Shown here in pieces: positions 1 through 12,378 of a stretch of DNA of 64,000 nt. The position numbers were made by a program, and so were the translations under genes. Within the stretch, counting starts at the first letter, position 1. Each line of letters starts with the position of its first letter. Under the pieces are notes generated by a model. It was not told the DNA's origin. It did no database searches and worked only from the letters and a program-made list of their open reading frames with translations. The DNA comes from an uncultured beta proteobacterium (GTDB lineage Bacteria > Pseudomonadota > Gammaproteobacteria > Burkholderiales > Burkholderiaceae_D), in contig CAVSPL010000011.1 of NCBI GenBank assembly GCA_963729765.1, forward strand, positions 9,102-73,101, read 5' to 3'.

Positions 1-554
1 AATGCCGCACCGGCACTTCCACGAATTCCCCCGGCATCAATGGATGCGTCTGCAAGCTGAAAACGGCCCGATACTGCTGCGCACCAGGCGCAGCGTCGGC
101 AAACCCACCGCCGCCGTCATGCGCCGCACTTGCCGGTTCTTTCCTTCCTCCAGCGTGATCGCGATCCAGCTCGTCGGCTTGTCCTGGCGCGCGCGGATCG
201 GCGGATTGCGCGGCCATAGCCATTCCGGCTCGGCGATGCGCACCGCGCGGCAGGGTTTCGTCACGAAATCGCCCAGGTCGATCGGCGCCTGCAGGCGCGC
301 CAGGGCGGCGCGCATCGGGCACGCCGTCGACCTGCACCAGATAGGTCTTCGCTTCCTTGTGGTCGGGATGGGCGATCTTGTGCTGCAGGCCGCCGTCGTC
401 GGTCAGCAGCATCAGGCCTTCGCTGTCGGCGTCGAGCCGGCCGGCGGGGTAGATGCCGGGAATGGTCAGGTAGTCGGCCAGGCGATTCGCGGCCCTCCTG
501 CGGCGAAAACTGGCACAGGACCTGGAAGGGTTTATTGAAGAGAATCAGGGGCAT
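1..554 (-). CDS. rluE: 23S rRNA pseudouridine synthase RluE-like (runs off left edge; frameshifted in this sequence)
   Basis: N-terminus [17 protein letters not shown]; C-terminal motif [30 protein letters not shown]; divergent from icd as in other proteobacteria. Confidence 0.85.
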
Positions 555-708
555 GAATAATGTTTGGGGCAAAGCGGGAAGGGCAGGCTGAAACGCTGGC
601 CGTCAAGGCGTGGCATCTGGCAAAATAGTGGTGCATAATGCAAGTCGCCATCATATGTCTTATAGAGGACTGGCGACGCACGCTTCCGCGTACCACCTGG
701 GAGAACAC

Positions 709-1968
709 ATGTACCAACATATCAACGTACCCGCCGACGGCCAGAAGATCACCGTCAATCGCCGATTTCTCGCTCAGCGGTGCCGGCCAACCCGATCATC
801 CCCTACATCGAGGGCGACGGCACCGGCGCCGACATTACCCCGGTGATGCTCAAGGTGGTCGATGCGGCGGTGGCCAAGGCCTACGGCGGCGCGCGCAAGA
901 TCAGCTGGATGGAAATCTTTGCCGGCGAGAAGTCGACCAGCATCTATGGTCCCGACGTCTGGCTGCCGCCCGAGACGCTCGACGTGGTCAAGGATTACGT
1001 GGTCTCGATCAAGGGCCCGCTGACCACGCCGGTGGGCGGCGGCATCCGTTCGCTCAACGTCGCGCTGCGCCAGGAACTCGACCTGTACGTCTGCCTGCGC
1101 CCGGTGCGCTATTTCACGGGCGTGCCGTCGCCGCTGAAGCAGCCGGAAAAGACCGACATGGTGATCTTCCGCGAGAACTCGGAAGACATCTACGCCGGCA
1201 TCGAATGGGCGGCCGAGTCGGAAGGCGCCAAAAAGCTCATCGACTTCCTGACCCAGCGAAATGGGCGTCAAGAAGATCCGCTTCCCGGAAACCTCGGGCA
1301 TCGGCATCAAGCCGGTGTCGCGCGAAGGCACCGAGCGCCTGGTGCGCAAGGCGATCCAGTACGCGATCGACAACGACAAGCCTTCGGTCACGATTGTCCA
1401 CAAGGGCAATATCATGAAATACACCGAAGGCGGTTTCCGCGACTGGGCCTATGCGCTGGCGCAAAAGGAATTCGGCGCCGAACTGATCGACGGCGGCCCA
1501 TGGTGCCGCTTCAAGAATCCGAAAACCGGGCGCGACATCATCATCAAGGATTCGATCGCCGACGCCTTCCTGCAGCAGATCCTGCTGCGCCCGGCCGAGT
1601 ACAGCGTGATCGCCACCCTGAACCTGAACGGCGACTATATCTCGGATGCGCTGGCGGCCCAGGTGGGCGGCATCGGCATCGCGCCGGGCGCCAACATGTC
1701 CGATTCGGTCGCCATGTTCGAAGCGACCCACGGCACCGCGCCCAAGTACGCCGGCAAGGATTACGTGAATCCGGGCTCGCTGATCCTGTCGGCGGAAATG
1801 ATGCTGCGCCACATGGGCTGGCTCGAAGCGGCCGACCTGATCATCTCGTCGATGGAAAAGGCGATCGCCTCGAAGCGCGTGACCTATGACTTCGCGCGCC
1901 TGATGGAAGGCGCGACCCAGGTATCGTGCTCCGGCTTCGGCGAGGTCATGATCGAGCAGATGCAATAA
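709..1968 (+). CDS. icd: NADP-dependent isocitrate dehydrogenase (frameshifts near 760-780 and 1255)
   Basis: [91 protein letters not shown]. Confidence 0.97.
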
Positions 1969-1986
1969 GCGGCCGGCACTAGCGAT

Positions 1987-2017
1987 AAGCCCGCTTCAAA
2001 AGAGGCGGGCTTTTTTT
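1987..2017 (+). terminator. Rho-independent terminator of icd
   Basis: aagcccgcttc-aaaa-gaggcgggc followed by a T7 run. Confidence 0.85.
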
Positions 2018-2045
2018 ATTTGTTCATATTTATTTCGCATGGACG

Positions 2046-2073
2046 AAAAAAAACCCCGCGTGGTGCGGGGTTT
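2046..2073 (-). terminator. Rho-independent terminator of cold-shock gene
   Basis: A8-ccccgc-gtggt-gcgggg-ttt; T-tract on the minus strand. Confidence 0.8.
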
Positions 2074-2092
2074 CTCGCTTCCGAGGGCGGTA

Positions 2093-2296
2093 TTACATGC
2101 CCTGGATGTTGGAAGCTTGCTTGCCTTTAGGGCCTTGCGTGACTTCGAATTGGACTTTCTGACCTTCTTTGAGGGTCTTAAAACCGTTCATGTTGATTGC
2201 GGAGAAATGCGCGAACAGATCCTCGCCGCCGTCATCTGGAGTGATGAAGCCAAAGCCTTTGGAATCATTGAACCACTTAACAGTACCAGTTGCCAT
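2093..2296 (-). CDS. Cold-shock domain protein (CspA/CspD family), 67 aa
   Basis: [34 protein letters not shown] (RNP1/RNP2); divergent from clpS, the cspD position in E. coli. Confidence 0.97.
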   Translation of the reverse strand: MATGTVKWFNDSKGFGFITPDDGGEDLFAHFSAINMNGFKTLKEGQKVQFEVTQGPKGKQASNIQGM

Positions 2297-2414
2297 AAAA
2301 GAACTTTCAAATATAAACAAATCACACGAGCCATAAAAGCAAGAAGCTTCTTGCCCCCTCCTCAGCCTGCTCACTTCTATCAACACGTACCTGAAAGTAC
2401 ATGTCAATGTGGCC

Positions 2415-2443
2415 ATTGTTGATGCACTAAGTTTTGAAGTCAA
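2415..2443 (-). promoter_or_regulatory. Putative sigma70 promoter of csp gene (gives a ~110-nt 5' UTR)
   Basis: Minus strand TTGACT-N17-AACAAT. Confidence 0.55.
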
Positions 2444-2506
2444 GCCCTTTGATGCGACTGTTGTTAATTTTTTCATACGTATTGCATACTCAGTTCAAAC
2501 GTCCCC

Positions 2507-2534
2507 CTTGATTTCCGCAAACGGAACGCCATCT
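2507..2534 (+). promoter_or_regulatory. Possible sigma32 (RpoH)-like promoter upstream of clpSA
   Basis: CTTGAT-N14-CGCCATCT resembles CTTGAA-N13-17-CCCCATnT. Confidence 0.35.
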
Positions 2535-2640
2535 GCGCTTTCAACGGAAAACAAGTAAGATGAAGGCGAATCGAAGTGAACCGATCGCAGTGTCTGATAT
2601 TTCCGCTTTGCAGCATCCTTGAACGCTTTAGAATACGCCC

Positions 2641-2943
2641 ATGGCAACCAAGCAAGATACCGAACAGCTGCTGGAGCGGCAAGTCGTAAAACCACCGCCC
2701 CTGTATCAGGTGGCGTTGCTGAATGATGACTACACACCCATGGAATTCGTGGTGGCCATCATCCAGGAGTACTTCAACAAGGATCGCGAGACGGCGACGC
2801 AGATCATGCTTTCCGTGCACCGTCATGGTAAAGGGGTGTGCGGGGTGTTTTCCAAAGATATAGCGTGTACCAAAGTGGAGTTTGTCTTAACGCATGCGCG
2901 CAAGGCGGGGCATCCCCTGCAGTGCGTGATGGAGGAAGTATGA
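2641..2943 (+). CDS. clpS: ATP-dependent Clp protease adaptor ClpS
   Basis: [30 protein letters not shown]; ATGA overlap with clpA. Confidence 0.97.
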   Translation: MATKQDTEQLLERQVVKPPPLYQVALLNDDYTPMEFVVAIIQEYFNKDRETATQIMLSVHRHGKGVCGVFSKDIACTKVEFVLTHARKAGHPLQCVMEEV

Positions 2944-5240
2944 TTGCGCAGGAACTTGAAGTATCCCTACACATGGCCTTTGTCGAAGCTCGACAGGCAC
3001 GGCACGAGTTCATTACCGTGGAGCACCTGCTGCTTGCGCTCCTCGATAATCCCTCGGCCGCGGAAGTCCTGCGTGCATGCGCGGTCAATATCGACGACCT
3101 GCGCAAGACCCTGACCAATTTCATCGGCGACAACACGCCGACCGTGCCCGGCACGGGCGAAGTGGACACCCAGCCGACGCTCGGTTTCCAGCGCGTGATC
3201 CAGCGCGCGATCATGCACGTGCAGTCGGCCTCGAACGGCAAGAAGGAAGTCACGGGCGCCAACGTGCTCGTCGCGATCTTCGGCGAGAAAGACTCGCACG
3301 CCGTCTACTACCTGCACCAGCAGGGCGTGACGCGTCTCGACGTGGTCAACTTCATCTCGCACGGCGTGCGCAAGGACCAGCAGATCGACAGCCAGAAGGC
3401 GTCGGAAGGCGTGGAAGAGGCGCAGGTCGAAGGCGCGACCAAGGAAAGCCCGCTCGACCAGTTCACGCAGAACCTGAACAAGGCTGCCGCCGACGGCAAG
3501 ATCGATCCGCTGATCGGGCGCGAGGAAGAAGTCGACCGCGTCATCCAGATTCTCTGCCGCCGCCGCAAGAACAACCCGCTGCTGGTCGGCGAGGCCGGCG
3601 TGGGCAAGACCGCGATCGCCGAAGGCCTGGCATGGCGCATCGTCCAGGAAGAAGTGCCCGAGATCCTGCAGAACGCCGTCGTGTTCTCGCTCGACATGGG
3701 TGCGCTGCTGGCCGGCACCAAATACCGCGGCGACTTCGAACAGCGCCTGAAGGCCGTCCTCAAGCAATTGAAGGACACGCCGAACGGCATCCTGTTCATC
3801 GACGAGATCCACACGATCATCGGCGCCGGTTCGGCTTCGGGCGGTACGCTCGACGCATCGAACCTGCTGAAGCCTGCCCTGGCGAACGGCCAGCTGAAAT
3901 GCATCGGCGCGACCACGTTCACGGAATTCCGCGGCGTGTTCGAGAAGGACCATGCACTCAGCCGCCGCTTCCAGAAAGTGGACGTCAACGAGCCGTCGGT
4001 CGAGCAGACCATCCAGATCCTGCGTGGCCTGAAGTCGCGCTTCGAAGAGCACCACGGCGTGAAGTATTCGTCGTCGGCGCTGTCCACGGCGGCGGAACTG
4101 GCGGCGCGCTTCATCAACGACCGCCACCTGCCGGACAAGGCGATCGACGTCATCGACGAAGCCGGTGCGGCGCAGCGCATCCTGCCGAAGTCGAAGCAGA
4201 AGAAAACCATCGGCAAGACCGAGATCGAAGAGATCATCGCCAAGATCGCGCGCATCCCACCGCAAACGGTCAACCAGGACGACCGCAGCAAGCTGCAGAC
4301 GATCGACCGCGATTTGCGCAACGTCGTCTTCGGCCAGGATCCTGCGATCGACGCGCTGGCGTCCGCCATCAAGATGGCGCGCGCGGGCCTGGGCAAGCAG
4401 GACAAGCCGATCGGCTCCTTCCTGTTCTCGGGTCCGACCGGTGTCGGCAAGACCGAGGTGGCCAAGCAACTGGCCTTCATCCTCGGCATCGAGCTGATTC
4501 GCTTCGACATGTCGGAGTACATGGAGCGTCACGCCGTGTCGCGCCTGATCGGTGCGCCGCCGGGTTATGTCGGCTTCGACCAGGGCGGTCTGCTGACCGA
4601 AGCCATCACCAAGAAGCCGCACGCGGTGCTGCTGCTGGACGAGATTGAAAAAGCCCACCCGGACATTTTCAACATCCTGCTGCAGGTGATGGACCATGGC
4701 ACGCTGACCGACAACAACGGACGCAAGGCCGACTTCCGCAACGTGATCATCATCATGACCACGAACGCGGGCGCCGAAAGCCTGACCAAGCGTTCGGTGG
4801 GCTTCGTCGATTCGAAGGCTGCCGGCGACGAGCTGGCCGACATCAAGCGCATGTTCACGCCGGAGTTCCGCAACCGCCTGGACGCGACCATCAGCTTCCG
4901 CGCGCTGGACGAGGAAATCATCCTGCGCGTCGTGGACAAGTTCCTGATGCAGCTGGAAGAGCAGCTGCACGAGAAGAAGGTGGAAGCCATCTTCACCGAG
5001 AAGCTGCGCAAGTTCCTCGCCTCGAAGGGCTTCGATCCGCAGATGGGCGCGCGTCCGATGTCGCGCCTGATCCAGGACATGATCCGCAAGGCGCTGGCCG
5101 ACGAGCTGCTGTTCGGCCGCCTGGTCAACGGTGGACGCATCACGGTCGACCTGAACGAGAAGGACGAAGTCACGCTCGAGTTCCCGGAAGGGGACCCGCT
5201 GCCGCCGCCGGCTCCGGCCGAGACGGTCGAGATCGAGTAA
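2940..5240 (+). CDS. clpA: ATP-dependent Clp protease ATP-binding subunit ClpA
   Basis: Intact ORF from [10 protein letters not shown]; two Walker A motifs ([16 protein letters not shown]); [16 protein letters not shown]. Confidence 0.98.
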   Translation: MIAQELEVSLHMAFVEARQARHEFITVEHLLLALLDNPSAAEVLRACAVNIDDLRKTLTNFIGDNTPTVPGTGEVDTQPTLGFQRVIQRAIMHVQSASNGKKEVTGANVLVAIFGEKDSHAVYYLHQQGVTRLDVVNFISHGVRKDQQIDSQKASEGVEEAQVEGATKESPLDQFTQNLNKAAADGKIDPLIGREEEVDRVIQILCRRRKNNPLLVGEAGVGKTAIAEGLAWRIVQEEVPEILQNAVVFSLDMGALLAGTKYRGDFEQRLKAVLKQLKDTPNGILFIDEIHTIIGAGSASGGTLDASNLLKPALANGQLKCIGATTFTEFRGVFEKDHALSRRFQKVDVNEPSVEQTIQILRGLKSRFEEHHGVKYSSSALSTAAELAARFINDRHLPDKAIDVIDEAGAAQRILPKSKQKKTIGKTEIEEIIAKIARIPPQTVNQDDRSKLQTIDRDLRNVVFGQDPAIDALASAIKMARAGLGKQDKPIGSFLFSGPTGVGKTEVAKQLAFILGIELIRFDMSEYMERHAVSRLIGAPPGYVGFDQGGLLTEAITKKPHAVLLLDEIEKAHPDIFNILLQVMDHGTLTDNNGRKADFRNVIIIMTTNAGAESLTKRSVGFVDSKAAGDELADIKRMFTPEFRNRLDATISFRALDEEIILRVVDKFLMQLEEQLHEKKVEAIFTEKLRKFLASKGFDPQMGARPMSRLIQDMIRKALADELLFGRLVNGGRITVDLNEKDEVTLEFPEGDPLPPPAPAETVEIE

Positions 5241-5257
5241 GCTTCGGCTCTCCCAAG

Positions 5258-5285
5258 AAACCGCGCCCTGTGCGCGGTTTTTTTT
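5258..5285 (+). terminator. Rho-independent terminator of clpSA
   Basis: aaaccgcgc-cctgt-gcgcgg followed by T8. Confidence 0.85.
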
Positions 5286-5380
5286 CGCTCCGTTCCGGGA
5301 TTTTATTTGCACGTATGCATGCCAACGCGGCTGCACGCTGTGGCAAACTCATGCTCCCTGGCAAACTCTACCCTGTGAAC

Positions 5381-8300
5381 ATGAACGTGTCCCGTACCAT
5401 CCTCGCGCTGTCCCTGGCCCTGATCGGCCAGCAAGCTGTCGCCGCCGATCCTTATTTCCGTTTCCCTGCCGTGCGCGGCGACACGATCGTGTTCACCGCC
5501 GAGGGCGACCTCTGGCGCACCACGACGGCCGGCGGCAAGGCCACGCGCCTGACCACCCATCCGTCCGCCGAAACCCATGCGGCCATCTCGCAGGACGGCA
5601 AGTTCGTCGCCTTCGCCGCCTCCTACGAGGGCGCGCAGGAAGCCTATGTGATGCCGCTCGAGGGCGGCCTGCCCAAGCGCATCACTTTCGAAAACGGCGG
5701 CGTGACGGTGCTGGGCTGGACCGCGCAGGGCGAGGTGCTGGTGAGTACCGAGAATTCGACCGGCCCGTCCAAGCACCGCGTCGTCGCCGCGCTCGACCCG
5801 GTGAAGCTCACGCGCCGCGTGCTGCCGCTGGCCGACGCCAACGACGCCGCGCTGGACGACACCGGCCGCACCGTCTACTTCACGCGCATGGGCCTGTCCA
5901 TGACCAACGATAACGTCAAGTCCTACCGCGGCGGGGCGCATGCGCAGCTGTGGCGGTTCGACCTGGATGGCAAAAGCGAGGCCGAGCCGCTGTTCAAGGG
6001 AGACAGCTACCGTCCAACAACCGCCGCGCCATGTGGTACCAGGGCCGCCTCTACTTCATCAGCGACGCCGGCGGCGCCGACAACCTCTGGACGTCGCTCC
6101 CCGACGGAAGCGAGCGCCGCCAGCTCACCCGGCATACCGAATGGGACGTGCGCACCGCCTCGCTGGGCGACGGCCGCATCGCCTACCAGCTCGGCGCCGA
6201 CCTGCGCGTGTTCGACATCGCCAGCGGCGCCGACAGCGTGTTGAAGGCGACCCTGCTGTCCGACTTCGACCAGCAGCGCATGCGCCGCGTGAAGTCGCCG
6301 CTCGAGGCCCTGACCGGCATCGAGGTCGCCAGCAAGGCCGAGCGCATCGTGCTGACCGCGCGCGGACGCGTGACGGTTGCCGGCACCGGCAATGCGCGCC
6401 GCGTCGAGATCGCCGTGCCGGAAGGCGCGCGCGCCCGCGGCGCCGTCTTCAGCCACGACGACAAATGGGTGTATGCGATTGTCGACACCAGCGGCGAGAA
6501 CGAGATCTGGCGCTACGCGGCCGACGGTTCCGGCCACGGCGAGCGCCTGACGACGGACGGCGCCAGCCACCGCTCGGCCCTGTATCCGTCGCCCGACGGC
6601 AAATGGCTCGCGCACACCGACAAGAAGGGCCGCACCTGGCTGCTCGACCTCGCGGCCAGGACCAACGTCATCATCGACGACGCCGACCAGGCCGGCCTGG
6701 ACCGCTCGGACCAGGTGGTCTGGTCGCCCGACAGCCGCAACCTGGCGTTTGTCCGCGCCGGCAGCAGCGAACGGCGCGACCAGATCGGCATGGTCAACCT
6801 CGCGACCCGCGCCGTCAGTTTCGTCACGACCGACCGCTACGAATCCAGTTCGCCGGCCTTTTCGCCGGACGGCAAATGGCTGTACTTCCTCTCGGCGCGC
6901 CACTTCAACGTCGGCAACGTCTCGGTCTGGGGCGACCGCAACATGGGGCCGGTGTTCGACAAGCGCGTCGGCGTGTATGCGCTGGCCCTGCAAGCCGGAT
7001 GCGCGCTTCCCGTTCAAGCCCGAGGACGAGCTGACCAAGCCCGAGGAAAAGTCGCCGGAAGCGGCGGCCAAGGCGGCGGTGAAATCGCCTGGCGCGGACG
7101 AAGCGGATGGCGCGAAGTCCGCCGCCGTCGCCGCGGCCACCGCCGCAGCGGCCGCGAACAAGGCCGAGCAAGCCGAAGCAGCCGACGCCGCCGGTCGCCT
7201 ACGCCGGCCTGCGCGAGCGCCTGTATGAAGTGCCGGTCGAGCCGGGCAACTACCGCGCGCTCGCCCTCGACGACAAGCGCCTGTACCTGCTCGAAGCGGG
7301 CGACGACGAAGCGGCCAAGGGCACGCTCAAGACGCTGGCGATTGCGCGCAGCGCGCCGCAGCCGGAGACCTTCGCCGCCAACGTGCGCGAGTTCGGCTTG
7401 TCGAACGACCGCAAGCACGTCTTCTACCGCACCTTCGCCAAGGGCGCGCCGGGCGACATGCTGATCGTCGACGCCGGCGCCAAGGCGCCCGCCGACCTGG
7501 CCAAGGCCAAGGTCAAGATCGACGACTGGGCCGTCACCTCGAATCCGCGCCTGGAATGGAAGCAGATGTTCAACGACGCCTGGCGCATGCACCGCGACTT
7601 CCTGTACGACGCCCGCATGCGCGGCATCGACTGGAACGCGGCGCGCACGCGCTACGCGCCGCTGGTCGAACGCGTGACCGACCGCGCGGAACTCGACGAC
7701 GTGCTGGGCATGATGATCGGCGAGGTCGGCGCGCTGCATTCGCAGATCCGTCCGGGCGACGTGCGCCGCGCAGCGGCCGAAGGCACGCCGGCCAGCCTGG
7801 GCGCGGTGCTGAGCCGCGTGGCCGACGGCTATCGCGTCGACCACGTCTACCAGAGCGAGCCGGAGCTGCCGTCCGAGGCGCGGTCCGCTGGCCGCGCCCG
7901 ACGTCAACGTGAAAGAGGGCGACATCATCACGGCGGTCAACGGCAAGTCGCTGACGGAGGCGCGCGACATCGCCGACCTGCTGCTCGACACCGCCGGCAA
8001 GCAGGTGCTGCTGCACGTGAAGAGCGCGGACGGCGAAGCCGCGCGCGGTGATCGTCACCCCGGCGCCGATGGCGCGCCACGCCAGCCTGCGCTACTCGGA
8101 CTGGGAGCAGGGCAGGGCCCGGCAAACCGAGGCCGCCTCGAAGGGCAAGATCGGCTACCTGCACCTGCGCGCGATGGTGGCGCGCGACATCAACGCCTTT
8201 GCGCGCGACTTCTACGCCAACATCAACAAGGAAGGCCTGGTCATCGACGTGCGCCGGAATAACGGCGGCAACATCGACAGCTGGATCATCGAAAAGCTGC

Positions 8301-8749
8301 TGCGCCGCTCCTGGGCCTTCTGGGCCTCGAACGGCAAGCAGCCCTACTCGAACATGCAGGGCACCTTCCGCGGCCACCTGGTGGTGCTGATGGACGAGCT
8401 GACCTATTCGGATGGCGAGACCTTCGCGGCCGGCGTCAAGGCCCTGAAACTCGGGCCGCTGGTCGGCAAGCGCAGCGCGGGCGCCGGTGTCTGGCTCAGC
8501 GACGGCAACGGCCTGGCGGACAACGGCATGGCGCGCGTGGCGGAGAACGGCCAGTTCTCGAGCGAGGGCGAATGGCTGATCGAAGGCGTGGGCGTGACGC
8601 CCGACGTCGAGGTCGACAACCTGCCGAACGAAACCTTCAAGGGCCGCGACCGCCAGCTGGAAGTGGCGATCGAGCTGCTGCAGAAGAAGATGAAGGAGCA
8701 GCCGGTCAAGCCGTGGGCGCCGGCGGCGATTCCGGCGATTAAGCGATAG
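5381..8749 (+). CDS. Tricorn-like S41 family peptidase with signal peptide, PD40 beta-propellers and PDZ (several frameshifts)
   Basis: Signal peptide then YFRFPAVRGDTIVFTAEGDLW; WSPD/FSPDGK repeats; EWKQMFNDAWR; IGYLHL, IDVRRNNGG, catalytic SDGE, IEGVGVTPD. Confidence 0.93.
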
Positions 8750-8761
8750 GTCGATCCGCAT

Positions 8762-8788
8762 CCGCGTGGGCACGCGCCCACGCGGTAC
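8762..8788 (-). repeat. REP-like palindrome (single copy)
   Basis: CCGCGTGGGC-acgc-GCCCACGCGG-TAC; same family as the copies at 29854 and 45149. Confidence 0.6.
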
Positions 8789-8798
8789 GGCGCTAAAA

Positions 8799-9982
8799 TC
8801 ACACCGCGGCCAGCGCCCGCCGCAAATCCTCGCGCTGGTCCTCCACATGCTCGATCCCGACCGACAGCCGGATCAAGCTGTCGCTGATCCCCAATTGCCG
8901 CCCGCTGCTCAGCCGGAATCGTCGCATGCGTCATCAAGGCCGGATGCTCGATCAGGCTTTCCACCCCGCCCAGGCTCTCGGCCAGCGTGAACACGCGGCA
9001 GCTCTCCAGGAAGCGCCGCGCGCCCGGCAAGTCGGACGCCAGCTCGATCGACACGATGCCGCCGAAGCCGCTCATCTGGCGCCGCGCCAGCGCGTGCTGC
9101 GGATGCGTCTCCAGCCCCGGATAAAACACCTTGCGCACCTTCGGCTCGCGTTCCAGCCACTGCGCCAGGGCGAGTGCGTTGCTGTTGCTGCGCTCGATGC
9201 GCAGCGCCAGCGTCTTGATCCCGCGTAGCACCAGGAAGCTGTCGAAGGGCCCCTGGATCGCGCCCACCGCGTTCTGGATGAAGCCGAGCTGCTCGCGCAA
9301 GTGCCGCGTGGTGCGGCGCATTGCCCGACCACGGCCACGCCCCCGATCACATCCGAGTGGCCGTTCATGTACTTGGTGGTCGAGTGCACCACGATGTCGA
9401 TGCCCAGTTCGAGCGGGCGCTGGTTGATCGGGCTGGCGAAGGTGTTGTCGCAGACGGTGATGATGCCGCGCGCGCGGCACAGCTGCGCGATCGCCGCCAG
9501 GTCGGCCAGTTTCAGCATCGGGTTGGTCGGCGTCTCGACCCAGACCAGGCGCGTCTCGCGGCGTGAGCGCGGCGGCCAGCGCTTGCGGATCGGCCAGGTT
9601 CACGTAGGTGAACTGGTGGCCCGCGCTGATGCGGCGCACGCGCTCGAACAGGCGGTAGGTGCCGCCATACATGTCGTCGCCGGCGACGATGTGCGAGCCC
9701 GCCGGCAGCAGTTCGAGCACCGCCGAAATCGCGGCCAGGCCCGAGGCGAAGGCAAAGGCGCCGCTGCCGCTCTCGATGTCGGCCACGCAGCGCTCGAGCG
9801 CCCAGCGCGTCGGGTTGTGCGAGCGGCCGTAGTCGAGCCCCTTGTGCACGCCCGGACTCTGCTGGGCGAAGGTCGAGGTGGCGAAGATCGGCGGCATCAC
9901 GGCGCCGGTGCGCGGGTTCGGGCGACTGGCCGCCGTGGATGACGCGGGTGGCCAGGTGAAATGTGGTGTCGGATGGATTCAC
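8799..9982 (-). CDS. Cystathionine gamma-lyase/synthase (PLP-dependent, MetB/Cys3 family; frameshifted)
   Basis: FHLATRVIHGGQ, YGRSHNPTR, FASGLAA, HSTTKYMNGHSD (PLP lysine), LAESLGGVESL; GTGA overlap with CBS gene. Confidence 0.92.
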
Positions 9983-11373
9983 GATAAGGTCCTGCGCAGA
10001 TGGTTGAGAAGGTCGAAGCGGGTGATCAGGCCGTAGAAGCGCTCGCCGTCGGCGATCACGGCGGTCAGGCCGCGGTCGAGGATCGTCGCGCAGCTGCGCC
10101 ATGCTGGCCGAGGGCGCCAGGGTTTGCAGCTTCGAGGTCATGGTGCTGCCGACCTGGGCCTTGAAGTGCGCCTGCTTGCGTGCGTCACGTGCAGCAGCAG
10201 GTCGGACTCGTCGACGATGCCGACCAGGCGGCCGTTGCTCGATCACCGGCAGCTGGGCCAGGTCGCTCGCTGCGCATGCGGTTGAAGGCCGTCAGCAGGG
10301 TGTCGGTCGGCGCCACGGTGACGACTTCGCCGGCGTCGAAGCGGCGCCCGACCAGGTCGCGCAGGTCGCCCGTGCGGGGCCGCTGCAGCAGGCCCTGGTC
10401 GACCATCCAGCCGTCGCTGTAGACCTTGGTGAGATAGCGCGTGCCGGTGTCGCAGACGAAGGTGACGACGCGCTTCGGGCTGGTCTGGGCGCGGCAGTAT
10501 TTCAGCGCGGCGGCCAGCAGGGTGCCGGTCGAGGAGCCGGCCAGGATGCCTTCGTGCTGGAGCAGGGCGCGCGCGGTGCCGAAGCTTTCCTCGTCGCTGA
10601 TGGTGTAGGCGCTTTTTACGCGCGAGAGGTCGGCGATGCCGGGAATGAAGTCTTCGCCGATGCCTTCCACCGCCCACGAACCGGCTTCCTCGGCCAGGTG
10701 GCCGGTGTTGATGTAGTCGGCCAGGATCGAGCCCTTCGGATCGGCCAGCACGAATTCGAGCGTCCGGCTGCACGCGCGCGAAATAATGCGACAGGCCGGT
10801 CAGGGTGCCGGAGGAGCCGACGCCGACCACGATCGCATCGAGCTCGTGGCTGGCCTGCTCCCAGATCTCGGGGCCGGTGGTGGTTTCGTGGGCGCGCGGG
10901 TTGGCCGGGTTGTTGAACTGGTCGGCGAACCAGGCGCCGGGGATCTCGCGCGCCAGGCGCGCGGCATAGTCCTGGTAGTACTCGGGATGGCCCTTGCCGA
11001 CGTCCGAGCGGGTCAGGTGGATCTCGGCGCCCAGGGCTTTCAGGTGCAGGATTTTTTCGGCCGCCATCTTGTCGGGCACGACCAGCACCACGCGGTAGCC
11101 CTTGATGCGCGCCACCAGCGCCAGGCCCAGGCCGGTATTGCCGGCGGTGGCCTCGACCACGGTGCCGCCGGGCTGCAGGCTGCCGTCGTGCTCGGCCTGC
11201 TCGATCATGGCGCGGCCGATGCGGTCCTTGATCGAGCCGCCGGGGTTTTGCGATTCCAGTTTCAGAAACAGCTGGCACGGACCGGTGTCCATGCGCGTGA
11301 CTTGCACCAGCGGGGTGTTGCCGATCAGGGAGAAGATGGCTGCTTGCGACGCATGTTGCAGTGTGCGTTGCAT
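9979..11373 (-). CDS. Cystathionine beta-synthase with C-terminal CBS domains (frameshifted)
   Basis: IGNTPLV, KLESQNPGGSIKDRI, EATAGNTG, GVGSSGT, VEGIGEDFIP; CBS pair at C-terminus. Confidence 0.92.
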
Positions 11374-11662
11374 GATTGCCTCCAGAGAAGGCGCCTTGTG
11401 GGCGCCGCGAACGCGATAAGCGGACGCAGATGGGCGCCCGGCCATGTGAAAAAGACATGGTACGGCGGTTCGGCGCGATGGTTTGAACTGGCGCGTGTTG
11501 TGACGGCGCACTAGCACGACTGGCTGAAATCCGATTCAATGAGCCTGTCTATGCACGTTGCGCGAATCGTCGGTTGGCGGCCAGTCTCGCTCATGAAAAT
11601 CTGCCAATTGCTATCGACAGCAACTGTTATACTGGAGCATCATTTTTCCACGTCCAGATACC

Positions 11663-12378
11663 ATGACCACGAAACGAATTTCTGCCCTCGCCGCCGCCTG
11701 CGTCCTGTCCCTGCTGGCCGCCTGCGGAGGCAGCGACGATGGCGTCAAGCTCGGCGCATTCCCGGCGATCACCAAGACCGAAGGCGATGCGCCGTTCGAA
11801 CTGACGCGCGCCGACGTTCGAAGAGCCCGGCCGCATTTCGCTATCAAGCAGCGACCCGAAGTGGCCACGATCGCCGGCAGTGTCGGTCACCGTCCGCGCC
11901 GAACCGGCACCGGCCACGATCACGGCGCGCCAGGGCAGCTGGGCAGCTACAACCCGACCTCGACCAGCGCCTTGCTGACGGTCAAGGCACGCGCCTGCGC
12001 CACCGGCGGCGGTGCGCGAGAATGGCCTGTGCGTGCCGCCCGACGCCGGCAAGGCTATGCTGCGCAACGGCGTGACCTGGATCCCGGCCAGCGTCGCCGT
12101 CAACTGCTGGGCCGATGCCGACGCCTACTGCAAGGCCATCACGACCAGGGCACGACCGGCTGGCGCCTGCCGGCCCGTTCCGACCTGGCCGACCTGGCCG
12201 ATTCCGGCGCTGCTCAACGGCCAGGGCTGGACGCTGGGCGACACCTGGAGCGCGACCGCCGACACCGGCCGACGACGCCACTTGGCAGTCAACCTGGCGA
12301 CCGCGCATCGACTGCCTCGCTCATGAACGACAACAAGGCTGTACGTCACCTGCGTGCTGGCAAGTCAGGGCGCGCTAG
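11663..12378 (+). CDS. Lipoprotein with Ig-like stalk and C-terminal Cys/Trp-rich invasin/lectin-like (DUF823/DUF1566-like) domain; frameshifted, 3' end approximate
   Basis: Lipobox [11 protein letters not shown]; S-S-D-P-x-V-A-T-I-type Ig motif across frames; WADADAYC...GWRLP...WSAT...YVTCV. Confidence 0.6.

Noticed and set aside
1750-2090. icd 3' end as a prophage attachment site (as for E. coli e14)
   Set aside because: No integrase and no duplicated icd 3' end; the terminator and csp follow directly
2039-2422. 127-aa plus-strand ORF opposite the cold-shock gene
   Set aside because: Antisense shadow ORF of a csp gene; it begins inside the terminator region
2967-5336. Long antisense ORFs (789 aa opposite clpA; similar ones opposite cysN/D, pepA, acnD, prpR)
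   Set aside because: Expected in high-GC genomes with strong codon bias; no recognisable motifs
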